DNA from: Candidatus Bathyarchaeota archaeon
GTDB lineage: Archaea > Thermoproteota > Bathyarchaeia > Bathyarchaeales > Bathycorpusculaceae
DNA: 64,000 bases
Assembly (NCBI GenBank): GCA_963702095.1
Contig: OY969706.1
Location: 2,528,001 to 2,592,000, forward strand
Reading direction: 5' to 3'
Shown here: piece by piece, positions 18,930 through 28,062 of the stretch
Position numbering within the stretch: the stretch's first letter is position 1
Layout: each line of letters starts with the position of its first letter
Notes under the pieces: model-generated
Databases searched by the model: none
What the model saw: only the letters and a program-made list of their open reading frames with translations
What the model was told of the DNA's origin: nothing
Position numbers and translations under genes: made by a program

Positions 18930-20298
18930 TTCGATTTTGTTTGCCTTTGCGCTTGATAGCATAGAGGAATAGAACAGCAAATACCCCAACAACAGCCACT
19001 ATAAGAAAGGGCAAAATCCATTCCGACAAGTTTGACGGATTATTCGGTGGCTGCGTCGGCGCTTGAGTGGGCTCTACGAAGGCGGGGATTTCAACCGGTG
19101 CCGCAAGTGGATAGTGGTCTATGTTGAGGCGTACTTGACTGATAAGGTATGCTTTGCCAGCTATGCCGTCGTGGTTGTTGTCAACTGTGGCGGAATCGCT
19201 CCAGTAGTTGCCTTCTCCATCGCTGTCCCAGACGTGTATACCGTTGGGGAGGGGTTTATAGTTGTATTCATGCCAATCCGTAGAATGCACTTGCTGGATG
19301 TTGTTGATGAGGTTGTTGCGGTAGATGACCTGCGCTGACCCAAGCAAGGATATGCCGACTTCGTTGTTTTCTATGGTGTTATTGGTTATAGTGTTGGCTT
19401 GTTCTGCGGTTATGACGATGCCGTGTGTGCCGTTTGCGAGGTAATTGTCGACGACTAGGTTGCCGTAGGAGTTGTAGAGGTAGATGCCTGCCCAAAGATG
19501 GGTGAAGTGGTTGTGGGTGATTGTGGAGTTTGTGGTGTTTTTTAGGATAATCCCGCTTGAGGGCCCGCTTATGGGGGCGGGGGCATCGTCTATCCAGAGG
19601 TCTTTTACGGTGACGTTGATGCAGCCTTGGAGTGCTAAGTAACCGATTTCAGGGTGGCTTTTACGGTCGATAACTAGGTCCTTCTGGTTGATTATGTAGT
19701 AGATGGGTTTACCGTCAATGGTGTTTGAGGTGTCAACATCGTTAGAGAAATCGTCCCCCTCGAGACTTATAATAAATGTACTGTTGACAAACCTGTTATC
19801 CCTAAATACGTTACCTGAGGAAACGTGAAAGCCCACGCCAGGTTTAGCGTCAACAAAAACGTTATCAGTTATAGAATTACCCATTGCACCTCTGAGCCAA
19901 ATTCCCGCCTGACAATTCAGGGTGCAGCCAGTGATAGTGTTGCCTGAGCTCTCAAGCGAGATAACGCTGCCAAACCCTTTGACATTGAGGTTTTTGATTG
20001 TAACTCCACCTACCCCGTTAAGCAGAATTATTGCCTGCGGTGGGTCTTCAGATAGACTGCCTCTGAGAGTGTAACCGGCACCATCAATGACTATGTTGCC
20101 TTTCTCAACCCTTATTGTGTGACTAATGTCGCCGGTAAAAGTGTACGTGTTGCCGTTGCGGTGCAGCTTATCGGTGCCTGTGATTGAGCCGTCGGCATTT
20201 ATAGTTAAAACTTCGGGAGGTTGAGCACTGACATAAAATGGGAGAAGAAAACACAAAAGCGCTAAAGCCAACGTTAACACTAAAACTGTTTTCTTCAT
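18922..20298 (-). CDS. NosD/CASH-like right-handed beta-helix surface protein
   Basis: Signal peptide, INADGSI..T, GIxL/N-T-I repeats, GNYWSD, DHYPL, Pro-rich linker, C-terminal TM plus basic tail. Confidence 0.85.
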   Translation of the reverse strand: MKKTVLVLTLALALLCFLLPFYVSAQPPEVLTINADGSITGTDKLHRNGNTYTFTGDISHTIRVEKGNIVIDGAGYTLRGSLSEDPPQAIILLNGVGGVTIKNLNVKGFGSVISLESSGNTITGCTLNCQAGIWLRGAMGNSITDNVFVDAKPGVGFHVSSGNVFRDNRFVNSTFIISLEGDDFSNDVDTSNTIDGKPIYYIINQKDLVIDRKSHPEIGYLALQGCINVTVKDLWIDDAPAPISGPSSGIILKNTTNSTITHNHFTHLWAGIYLYNSYGNLVVDNYLANGTHGIVITAEQANTITNNTIENNEVGISLLGSAQVIYRNNLINNIQQVHSTDWHEYNYKPLPNGIHVWDSDGEGNYWSDSATVDNNHDGIAGKAYLISQVRLNIDHYPLAAPVEIPAFVEPTQAPTQPPNNPSNLSEWILPFLIVAVVGVFAVLFLYAIKRKGKQNRIN

Positions 20299-21683
20299 TA
20301 CGCCAACCCTCCAGCGGCACTGTGGCTTTTGGGTTTACGTTTTGCTCTGTAAACCACAAATGCACCAATGGCTATGGCAACGGCACCTGCAATTGCAATC
20401 AAGATGGTCGTTGTCGGATAGGGCTGAGGTGACTCTGTGGCTGGCACCGGTGTTTGAATGAATTCCAGAGTTACGACTGGCTTTGCAAGAGGATAATTGT
20501 CTACATTGAGGCGACGTCCTGTATTGAGCACATAAGCTTCATCGCATATTCCGTCGCCGTCAGCATCGGTTGCATTGATTCCGCTCCAATAGTTGCCGCC
20601 GGAGGGGTAGCCGTTATCCCAGACGTGAACGGCGTAAGAAGGAGGGAGGCGGTTAAGGGGGCTCCAGTCGGCTGAATCTACCTGCTTGGTGTTGTTGAGG
20701 AAATTGTTGTGGTAGATGATCTGGTTTGACCCCGAAATGTATAGGCCGACTTTGTTGTCTTCGAAGGTGTTGTTGGTGATTGTGTTAGCGGTGGTCCCGC
20801 TGATGGCTATGCCGAATTCTTGGTTGTCCTTGAGATAGTTTTCTGTGATGATGTTACCGTATGAATCGGTGCTGCTGATGCCTTGCCAGAAGTTTGTGAG
20901 TTGATTGTGGATAATCGTTGAGTTGGATGTGCCCTTCAAAATTAATCCTATACTTGCTGCTGAACCGGAAAGTTGAAGGTCCCTAACAGTCATGTCGACG
21001 CAGTTTACTAAGGCAAGGTATCCGATTTCTGGGTAATCTTTGGGGCTGATGACTAAGCCGCTTTGGTTAACTATGTAGTAGATGGGTTTGCCATCAATCG
21101 TGTTGGAGGGGTCGATGTCGTTGGGGTTTGTGTCGAGTCCTGTGGAGATTGAGCTGTTGATGAATTGGTTGTTTCGAAGTTGATTGCCCGAGGAGTCGCT
21201 AAAGCGGACGCCTGAATTGAGATTTATGAAAACATTACCTTTGATGATGCTGTCTGTGGCTTCGTTTAGCCATATGCCCGAGGAGCAATCTTTTATGGTG
21301 CAGCCGAGGACAGAGTTGTCTTTGCCTTTTAGCGTCATGCCGCCCACAAAATCTTTTATGTTGAGGTTTTTTATGGTGACTCCGTGGATTTCTCCTGAAA
21401 GGAGCAGAAGCCCTGTGCCTTTAGCTTCCACCGTATTATCGGGTTTTACAGTGTAGCCTGCGCCGTCGAGTACGATGTTGCTTCTTCCAATCCTAATTGT
21501 GTAGAGAACATCGCCGGTAAGGCTGTAAACGTTGCCGTCGCATTTGATGTTGGATGTGCCCGATATGGAGCCGTCGCTGTTGATGTTGACAGCCTCCACC
21601 GAGGGCACGTAAAACACAAAGGAAGTGAAAGCCAACAAGCCAGCCAGCATCACAGCCAAACATCTGCTACGCACCGCTGCCAC
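20298..21683 (-). CDS. NosD/CASH-like beta-helix surface protein
   Basis: Paralogue of 18922-20298 (shared SNTIDGKPIYY..NQ...PEIGYLAL); WDNGYPSGGNYWS; C-terminal TM. Confidence 0.85.
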   Translation of the reverse strand: MAAVRSRCLAVMLAGLLAFTSFVFYVPSVEAVNINSDGSISGTSNIKCDGNVYSLTGDVLYTIRIGRSNIVLDGAGYTVKPDNTVEAKGTGLLLLSGEIHGVTIKNLNIKDFVGGMTLKGKDNSVLGCTIKDCSSGIWLNEATDSIIKGNVFINLNSGVRFSDSSGNQLRNNQFINSSISTGLDTNPNDIDPSNTIDGKPIYYIVNQSGLVISPKDYPEIGYLALVNCVDMTVRDLQLSGSAASIGLILKGTSNSTIIHNQLTNFWQGISSTDSYGNIITENYLKDNQEFGIAISGTTANTITNNTFEDNKVGLYISGSNQIIYHNNFLNNTKQVDSADWSPLNRLPPSYAVHVWDNGYPSGGNYWSGINATDADGDGICDEAYVLNTGRRLNVDNYPLAKPVVTLEFIQTPVPATESPQPYPTTTILIAIAGAVAIAIGAFVVYRAKRKPKSHSAAGGLA

Positions 21684-22539
21684 CTCGCCGTGTCTTCTTA
21701 ACTATCAAAAGGACAGCCGCAACCAATGCCACGGCAACGACAGGCAGCACAACATAGTAGGGATTGATTGGCGGTTGATTCTGTGGTGTACCTGTTGGGA
21801 AAGGGTCTGGTGAGTATGCGCGGGTGAGGAGTTTTGTTCGGGGGTGGTTATCTTGGCAGTTCTCGTTAATGACGTATGGGGTGTCCCATATGGCTGAATC
21901 GCCGAGTTGTTTGGCTTGCGGATACCTTGTGGTGTAGTCGCTCCAGTAATTCATATCCAGTACGGGTGGAGCTGATAGCCAACCCTGTATTGAGCAGTTT
22001 ACGAAGTCGTTGTTTGTGATTTCACTTGTGCCTGCATAGTTAATTGCTATGCCAGCTTTTTCCAAGCTGTTAGAGGATATTGTGTTGTTGAAGCTGCCGA
22101 TAATCCATATGCCGTCAATACAGTTTTTAATGGTGTTACTGCGGAAGGTGTTACTGTTGGTGTTGGCGATGTTTATGCCATAGTAAAAGTTGCTGATTGT
22201 TAGGTTAGCAACTGTTATGTTGTCTATTTCTGTTCGGGTTGGGTCCTGTCCTCTGCCGTTTGAAAGGTCCACTCCGAAGCCTTCACCGTTTCCCTCTATA
22301 CCAAACCCAGCGCCGTCCAAGACAATGTTACTTCTCTGGATGGATATGCCGCCTGAAATGTTGGCGGTTAAGGTGTAGATGTCTCCTTCGCGTTGGATGC
22401 TGCTGGTTCCTGTGACTGAGCCGTCAGGATTAATGATTATGCCTGTGTTGGATTGGGCGGTTGCGGGCTCAAAAAGGGCGACACATAGGGCAAGGGCAGA
22501 CAGCAGTATGAGCGTTAACGTTAGGGCGGGTTTTGGCAT
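21667..22539 (-). CDS. NosD/CASH-like beta-helix surface protein
   Basis: Signal peptide, INPDGSVTGT, NYWSDY, C-terminal TM; overlaps the next gene. Confidence 0.83.
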   Translation of the reverse strand: MPKPALTLTLILLSALALCVALFEPATAQSNTGIIINPDGSVTGTSSIQREGDIYTLTANISGGISIQRSNIVLDGAGFGIEGNGEGFGVDLSNGRGQDPTRTEIDNITVANLTISNFYYGINIANTNSNTFRSNTIKNCIDGIWIIGSFNNTISSNSLEKAGIAINYAGTSEITNNDFVNCSIQGWLSAPPVLDMNYWSDYTTRYPQAKQLGDSAIWDTPYVINENCQDNHPRTKLLTRAYSPDPFPTGTPQNQPPINPYYVVLPVVAVALVAAVLLIVKKTRRGGSGA

Positions 22540-22920
22540 GGAACTTCAGAGTATCGCTGACGTTGGCGGTTATAATGGGTTTTCGTCAAGAAACCTTGAC
22601 TAACAATGCGGCAGCAACGAGCAGTTTTGGCGAAGTTGGCTAAACAAAACGCTGTGGGGGTTTGTGAAAAAAAAACCAGATGGTGCATGCTTTCACACAC
22701 ACATCCTGACCCCTTCAACATGAAGCCATGTACCGCGTGTGGAGAAAAACACCGCTCCCAAACCATAACAGCCGCGTAAAATAAGTTGCAGACCCAAAAA
22801 GCAAACGTCTTCTCAAACAGTCTTGTGGCCCCCGTAAAACGCCACACCCACATAAAGAGAAGAAAACAATCTTTCTATAAACAGGGGAGTGGGAGAGGTT
22901 GGCAAAGCGACAGTTGCCGC

Positions 22921-24480
22921 TTATTTTTTGCGTCTGAGCTTCTGTGGCACCGTTATGGTTAATTCCCGTTTGACTGGTGTCTCCTTAATTGGTTGCTCCA
23001 TCTGAGGCACCACCTTCTTTTGCCGCTCAGCATAGTCTTTTTCGATGGCGACGCGGTGGACGTTGTTGTATGCGCAGAAGGGAATGATTTTCTTGTCAGG
23101 GGTAATGTAGTGGACTACACATCGGCGCACTCGGTTAACGTCAAAGTTGTAGCTGTCCATAAACGCCATGCAGCCTAAGAGGAAGATGCGGCGGCGGATT
23201 TTGCCCAAGGACTTGTATGTGGGGTCCATGTGCATTTGCAGGATGCTCTTCATCAATGTGAAGGTGCCGACTTCTTTGGTGACCAGCAGCATGTTCATCG
23301 AGATCATGGCGCCCATAAACAGCGGCGCAAGCAGTTGAAGTTTATTTTTAGACTCGGCATTTTCAGCTGTTTTGCGGATTGTGTTGAAGAATCGCTCAAA
23401 GTTCACGAAGCGGTTAATCGGATACATTTTACCCGTACGGGGGGAAACGTAAATCCAGTTTACGATGCCGCATTGTGGGCTGCAACTAAACAGCGGCCAA
23501 GGCTTCTGCATGAACTGCCGCATAATCTTAATCGGCGAAGTCATCACTGACATTGGGTAGAGGTCTGTGCTTTTGACTTCTCCGTTGGTCTGGTTCTCAA
23601 CGTCTTCAGCGAAGCTCCATTCGCGGAAGTTCTCGCGGAAAGGATTCTCCGTTGCCCTGCCAGTGAAGGCGATAGGCTGGAAAATTAAGCCTCGCACGAT
23701 GTCAGTGTTTTTGGCGGCGAAGCGGATCATGTCGCCGACTTCTTTGTCGTTGAGACTTTTCATCAAGGTATTAACTAGGATGACTTCCATGTCGTATTTG
23801 CGGCAAACATCAAGGGCTTTAAGCTTCATTTCCACAAGTGGTCGCCCACGGATTTTCTTGTTAAATTCCTCGTGGAAACTGTCAAATGATAAATAAACAA
23901 TGTTTAAGCCACTCTCCTTAAGCCGTTTAGCTAATCCTTCATCAGTAACCAAGTGGGTGCCGTTGGTCGCCAAAATCGTCATGAATTTTAGACGGTGTGC
24001 AGCCGCGACGATTTCAGGCATGTCTTCGCGTTCAAGCGGTTCGCCTCCACTGAACAGTATCGCAGGCGGTTTAGGGTTGGCTTTAGCAGCGAACTCTAAC
24101 ATGTCGATGAGGGCTTCTTTGGTGGGCTCGTAATCGGTGGTTTCCTGATTTGGAAAAGTGGAGAAGCACACTGCACATCGGAAGTTACAGCGCTTGGTTA
24201 CGTCGATTACGCCGATGACTGTGCCTGATGCGTGGTTGTGGCATGTTTCGCAGACGTATGGGCAGCCCGGGGGGTTTTTGGGTGCGTTGAGGTCGCCAAG
24301 GTACTGGAACTGGTCGTATTTGCGCATGTGGTCAAAGATGGGTGGGCTCTGCCAGTGAGTGGCTTTGAATTCGCCGTGTTCGGGGCATTGTTTGGTGATT
24401 TGGATTTTGCCGTTTACGTTTCTGAGTTGGGCGTCTATTTTCTTTTGGCATTCGGGACAGATGCTTTTGGTTTCACTCAA
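22921..24480 (-). CDS. tes: tetraether lipid synthase Tes/GDGT-MAS homologue (radical SAM)
   Basis: N-terminal CPEC...CPEH rubredoxin site, CPYVCETCHNH cluster motif, CNFRCAVC, GGEP, FQP..FTGR, and C-terminal CMAFMDSYNFD..RV.RC..HY.TPD..IIPFC.YN, as in the MJ0619 family. Confidence 0.85.
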   Translation of the reverse strand: MSETKSICPECQKKIDAQLRNVNGKIQITKQCPEHGEFKATHWQSPPIFDHMRKYDQFQYLGDLNAPKNPPGCPYVCETCHNHASGTVIGVIDVTKRCNFRCAVCFSTFPNQETTDYEPTKEALIDMLEFAAKANPKPPAILFSGGEPLEREDMPEIVAAAHRLKFMTILATNGTHLVTDEGLAKRLKESGLNIVYLSFDSFHEEFNKKIRGRPLVEMKLKALDVCRKYDMEVILVNTLMKSLNDKEVGDMIRFAAKNTDIVRGLIFQPIAFTGRATENPFRENFREWSFAEDVENQTNGEVKSTDLYPMSVMTSPIKIMRQFMQKPWPLFSCSPQCGIVNWIYVSPRTGKMYPINRFVNFERFFNTIRKTAENAESKNKLQLLAPLFMGAMISMNMLLVTKEVGTFTLMKSILQMHMDPTYKSLGKIRRRIFLLGCMAFMDSYNFDVNRVRRCVVHYITPDKKIIPFCAYNNVHRVAIEKDYAERQKKVVPQMEQPIKETPVKRELTITVPQKLRRKK

Positions 24481-25382
24481 CTTAGTAGCACTCCAGCGAG
24501 TCCTTCAACTATTAACGCTAAGGGCAGCAGCATCATTGACATGGTTACGATGCGCTCATATTTACGTATATTCTGCACCGTTGACCCAGAAGTGAACAAA
24601 CGTATGGCTGAATAAATCAACAGTACACTCCACATTAAGATGAAAGGTAAATAGAAAACCATGAATTCCCCGATGAAATAGGGCAGCGGCGCAAACAATC
24701 CAGTTAAAAGGAAGAAAACCGCGCCAACTTTAGCGGCGTTGTAGCTGCCGATTTTCTGCGGCAAGGTGGGATAACCGACTTTGGCGTCGCCTTCTGCACT
24801 AAAGACGTCACGTAGCACGTTACCGCCTATTGTGCCCAAAGCGATGGGGTAGAGGCTTATCGACGCGAAGTTAACTGTTCCAGTTACCGTTGCCTGTCCA
24901 TAGATGAATGCGGTGCCTGTTAGAATACCCATCAACAGGTTCGCAGCGAAACCTGATTTGCGTTTAATCAAGAAAGAGTACACCACAAGCAACAATGAGT
25001 CAGCGGCGATTATTGCAAAGGCAAGCCAGTTAATAAAAAACGACAAAACCAACCCCAAAGCAAAAAACGTGCCTGAGATGGCAACAGCCTGTTTGTATGA
25101 GAGTGCACCTGAGGGAATGGGGCGTTTGGGTTTGATGACTGCGTCGCTTTCGCGGTCGAAGTAATCGTTTATGGCAAAACCGCCTGAGGCAATGAATGCC
25201 ATAGATAAGAAAGTCAATAGTGCCACCGCCCCAACGTTCATGGGACCCAGAAGTGTTTGGATATCTGCAAAGTTGCCTTTTAGAATGGCGAACGCTGTTA
25301 GAACCGCTAAGCCACCAGTCATGAGCCAATAGGGCAAGCGGAGGAGCGCGATTAATCCTCGTGTGGGCGAGGACTGGTTCAT
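24477..25382 (-). CDS. UbiA prenyltransferase, digeranylgeranylglyceryl-phosphate synthase-like
   Basis: INDYFDRESD...PKRPIPSG, multiple TMs, EGD...Y.TLP; ATG at 25382 overlaps the upstream stop (ATGA). Confidence 0.82.
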   Translation of the reverse strand: MNQSSPTRGLIALLRLPYWLMTGGLAVLTAFAILKGNFADIQTLLGPMNVGAVALLTFLSMAFIASGGFAINDYFDRESDAVIKPKRPIPSGALSYKQAVAISGTFFALGLVLSFFINWLAFAIIAADSLLLVVYSFLIKRKSGFAANLLMGILTGTAFIYGQATVTGTVNFASISLYPIALGTIGGNVLRDVFSAEGDAKVGYPTLPQKIGSYNAAKVGAVFFLLTGLFAPLPYFIGEFMVFYLPFILMWSVLLIYSAIRLFTSGSTVQNIRKYERIVTMSMMLLPLALIVEGLAGVLLS

Positions 25383-26323
25383 ACCTTGATTTTCCTGTCG
25401 GCTATGACTTCTTTTATGCTCTCTTCCAAGGTGACTTTGGGTGTCCAGCCGAGTTCTTTTTTGGCTTTGGTGATGTCGAACCAGATTTTGGTAACATCCC
25501 CTTGCCATGATACACCTGTGGTTGAAACAGCCGTTCGGTTCTGGAGGTTGAGGATTTCAAGGATCATGTTTGCAAGTTCAAGTATGGAAACTGTTTTTCC
25601 TAATCCTAAGTTGTAGACTTCGCCGTTGACATCTACTTTTTTGCCCAGAAGAACAAGGGCTTCCACAACGTCAGAGACATGTACAAAGTCTCGGCATTGC
25701 TTCCCTGTACCTATAATTTCTAGTTTGTCGGGGTTTTTCGCCAGTTTCTCAAGAAAATCATGGATGACTCCGTGGCAACGTAAGCCGTAGACGTTGGCGA
25801 ACCTTGTGATTACGATGTCTAAGCCGTATTGTTCACGGTACATTTGGCAGTATTCTTCGCCTACGACTTTGCTTAAGCCATAGCAGGAGAAAGGGTGGAA
25901 ACCGTATGATTCAGGTGTTGGAAAAACGGTTGGGTTACCGTAGACAGCCGCGGATGAGGCGAACACGAGTTTTGCGTCGTCTTTGCGTGCTTTCTCGAGC
26001 ACGTTGAGGGTTCCTTTGGCGTTTGTTTCGAAGTCTACCAGCGGGTTCTCCATGGAGTAGCCCACGACGACTTGCGCTGCTAAATGGTAGATTAAATCCT
26101 GTTTGGGCTGGCTGCAGAGGGTTTTTAGGTCTAAGATGTCGCCTTGGACGAACTTTGCGTCTGGTACATCTTTAACATTCTGCAGTGTGCCGCTTGAGAG
26201 GTTATCGTAAATAGTCAAGTTGCTGGTTAAGCCAGATAGTTTCTTGCAGAGGTGATAGCCTATGAAGCCTGCTCCGCCAGTAACCAGTGTTTTTTTCCCT
26301 TCCACATTGTTTCCCCCAATCAA
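25379..26323 (-). CDS. NAD-dependent nucleotide-sugar epimerase/dehydratase
   Basis: TGGAGFIG, HLAA, SSAAVYG, YGLSK, RFANVYG, RDFVHV. Confidence 0.92.
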   Translation of the reverse strand: MIGGNNVEGKKTLVTGGAGFIGYHLCKKLSGLTSNLTIYDNLSSGTLQNVKDVPDAKFVQGDILDLKTLCSQPKQDLIYHLAAQVVVGYSMENPLVDFETNAKGTLNVLEKARKDDAKLVFASSAAVYGNPTVFPTPESYGFHPFSCYGLSKVVGEEYCQMYREQYGLDIVITRFANVYGLRCHGVIHDFLEKLAKNPDKLEIIGTGKQCRDFVHVSDVVEALVLLGKKVDVNGEVYNLGLGKTVSILELANMILEILNLQNRTAVSTTGVSWQGDVTKIWFDITKAKKELGWTPKVTLEESIKEVIADRKIKV

Positions 26324-26362
26324 CGATAAGCCTATATTTTATACAGGCGAGTTGGTAGGTAT

Positions 26363-27211
26363 ATGTCGGCGATGAAAGCTATAAAAGTTTTCAGGGATTT
26401 ACTGTCCTTCTTAACCATCATCCCAGTGGGTGGAAAAGAAGACTTCATTTTCACCACAGCAAAGAACATGTGGCTTTTTCCCCTCATCGGCGGCTTCATG
26501 GGGCTACTCGGCGGCGCATACTTCATAGCTTCCAGCTGGGTGGTGAATTTTCTGCTCGGCTTAGCCAGCGCCTACGTGGCTTTGCCCACCTCATTGTTGG
26601 GAACAGCTATTCCGGCGGCGATGACCATTGCCTTTCTGCTGGTGTTGACTGGGCTGCAGCATTTTGACGGCTTAATCGATTTAGGCAACGCAGTCGGCAT
26701 CCGCAGTGAGCATGACCGCAACATGAAAGCACACGCGTGGACGGTGACCTATGCAGGTGCGGTATTGGCGATTGCCGTTGAATTGTTGGCGTTTATCGGG
26801 TTGTTTTTGGTTAATCCCTCAAACCTCTGGTTTGGGTTCTCAGCCATCGTTTTAGCAGAGGTCGCAGCGAAACTGTCCATGGTAACCATTGTGTGGGCTG
26901 GGAAGCCTTCGCACAAGGGGTTAGGCTCGATTTTCCTTGCTAAAGCCAAAAAGAACCTCAACGTAGTCGCCTACGTGTTCTCAGCACTAATCGCCCTATC
27001 AATCGTCTTTGTCACTGGGAGCATCATTTTGGGTTTAGCCTCAGTTGCTTTGGTGTTCGTTAGTGTTCCAGTTGCGTTTGTCATGAGAAAAGTGTCCAAC
27101 AGTGTCTTTGGCGGAGTCAGCGGCGACATGATTGGGGCAACCAACGAAACCGCAAGGGCGGTGACACTGGTGCTGTTTGCAGTGGTGCTTTGGGTGGTGG
27201 CTGCTGCATGA
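26363..27211 (+). CDS. cobS: CobS-family membrane protein, second divergent copy
   Basis: LSFLT, GLQHFDGLIDLGN, GGVSGDMIGATNE; lacks the MxD...G motif seen in copy 1. Confidence 0.75.
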   Translation: MSAMKAIKVFRDLLSFLTIIPVGGKEDFIFTTAKNMWLFPLIGGFMGLLGGAYFIASSWVVNFLLGLASAYVALPTSLLGTAIPAAMTIAFLLVLTGLQHFDGLIDLGNAVGIRSEHDRNMKAHAWTVTYAGAVLAIAVELLAFIGLFLVNPSNLWFGFSAIVLAEVAAKLSMVTIVWAGKPSHKGLGSIFLAKAKKNLNVVAYVFSALIALSIVFVTGSIILGLASVALVFVSVPVAFVMRKVSNSVFGGVSGDMIGATNETARAVTLVLFAVVLWVVAAA

Positions 27212-27822
27212 AGATTCCCGCTTTGATTATGGCTGGCGGCAGAGGCAGCCGCATGGGGTTGCCCACTGAGAAGCCGATGCTGCCTTTTTTGGGTAAGCCG
27301 CTGCTGGATTGGGTAACCTCGGCAGTTTTGAGTGCAACCAAAATCTCAGAGTTCTACATAGTCACAAGCGCCAATACGCCGAAAACTGAGGCGCACTGTA
27401 AAGAGATGGGCTGGAAAACCGTACACACTGAAGCAAAAGGCTACCACGATGACCAAAAGCAGGCTATTCGCCAGTTGGGTTGGATGGGACCAGTGTTGAC
27501 CATGCCTTCGGATGTGCCTGCGATTACTGGACCAGTTTTGGACCGGGTGGTCGATGAGTTTGAGGCAAGTGGCAAAGACTTCCTTGCCGTGTTTGTCCCT
27601 ATCGAGAAGCGGCAGGAGTTGGGTCTGTCGATTTCCTCCACTGACGAGTACAAAGGCGTGTGGTATGCTGTGTCAGGCGTAAACGTGATAAACGGCGCAA
27701 AAACGTTGGGGGAAGGTAAAATTGAAACGGCAGCCATAATTACAGAGGACCCCCAGGTTATCTTAAACGTTAATACGACGAAGGATTTTGAGGTTGCTGA
27801 GCGTCTGATGGCGAAAAGTTGA
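27208..27822 (+). CDS. cobY: CobY-family nucleotidyltransferase, second copy
   Basis: ALIMAGGRGSRM, EKP, SDVP, GVNV, NVNT; ATG at 27208 overlaps the cobS2 stop. Confidence 0.75.
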   Translation: MKIPALIMAGGRGSRMGLPTEKPMLPFLGKPLLDWVTSAVLSATKISEFYIVTSANTPKTEAHCKEMGWKTVHTEAKGYHDDQKQAIRQLGWMGPVLTMPSDVPAITGPVLDRVVDEFEASGKDFLAVFVPIEKRQELGLSISSTDEYKGVWYAVSGVNVINGAKTLGEGKIETAAIITEDPQVILNVNTTKDFEVAERLMAKS

Positions 27823-27844
27823 GTTGTACTTAACCGCTGGTTTG

Positions 27845-27977
27845 TTTTTTTCTATAGTTGTTGTTGCCATGACCCCCTCTTTTTTCAACAACAACCAGCA
27901 GATTGTGGGAATGGTTGTGTTTTGGCTTTGGGCTTAGCTGATAGTTGCAGGTTGGTTGTGGAGCATTCTACAAGCAG
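27845..27977 (+). repeat. dispersed ~130-bp intergenic repeat, subfamily A copy
   Basis: tttttctatagttgttgttg-N19-caacaacaacca-N48-tgcaggttggttgtggagc...caagcag; between convergent genes. Confidence 0.9.
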
Positions 27978-28062
27978 TTCTATTGCCATGTTGGGTGGTC
28001 ACCGCGACCTACCTCAAAGGTACCTCCTCTTACTAGAGGCAGAATTGTCAAAGAAAAGAAAG

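Noticed and set aside
24477-25508. N-terminal extensions of listed ORFs (UbiA to 25508, rSAM from 43001, DUF1616 from 18324, cobY2 from 27190)
   Set aside because: The extensions overlap neighbouring genes or promoter DNA; downstream ATGs give coupled or family-typical starts.
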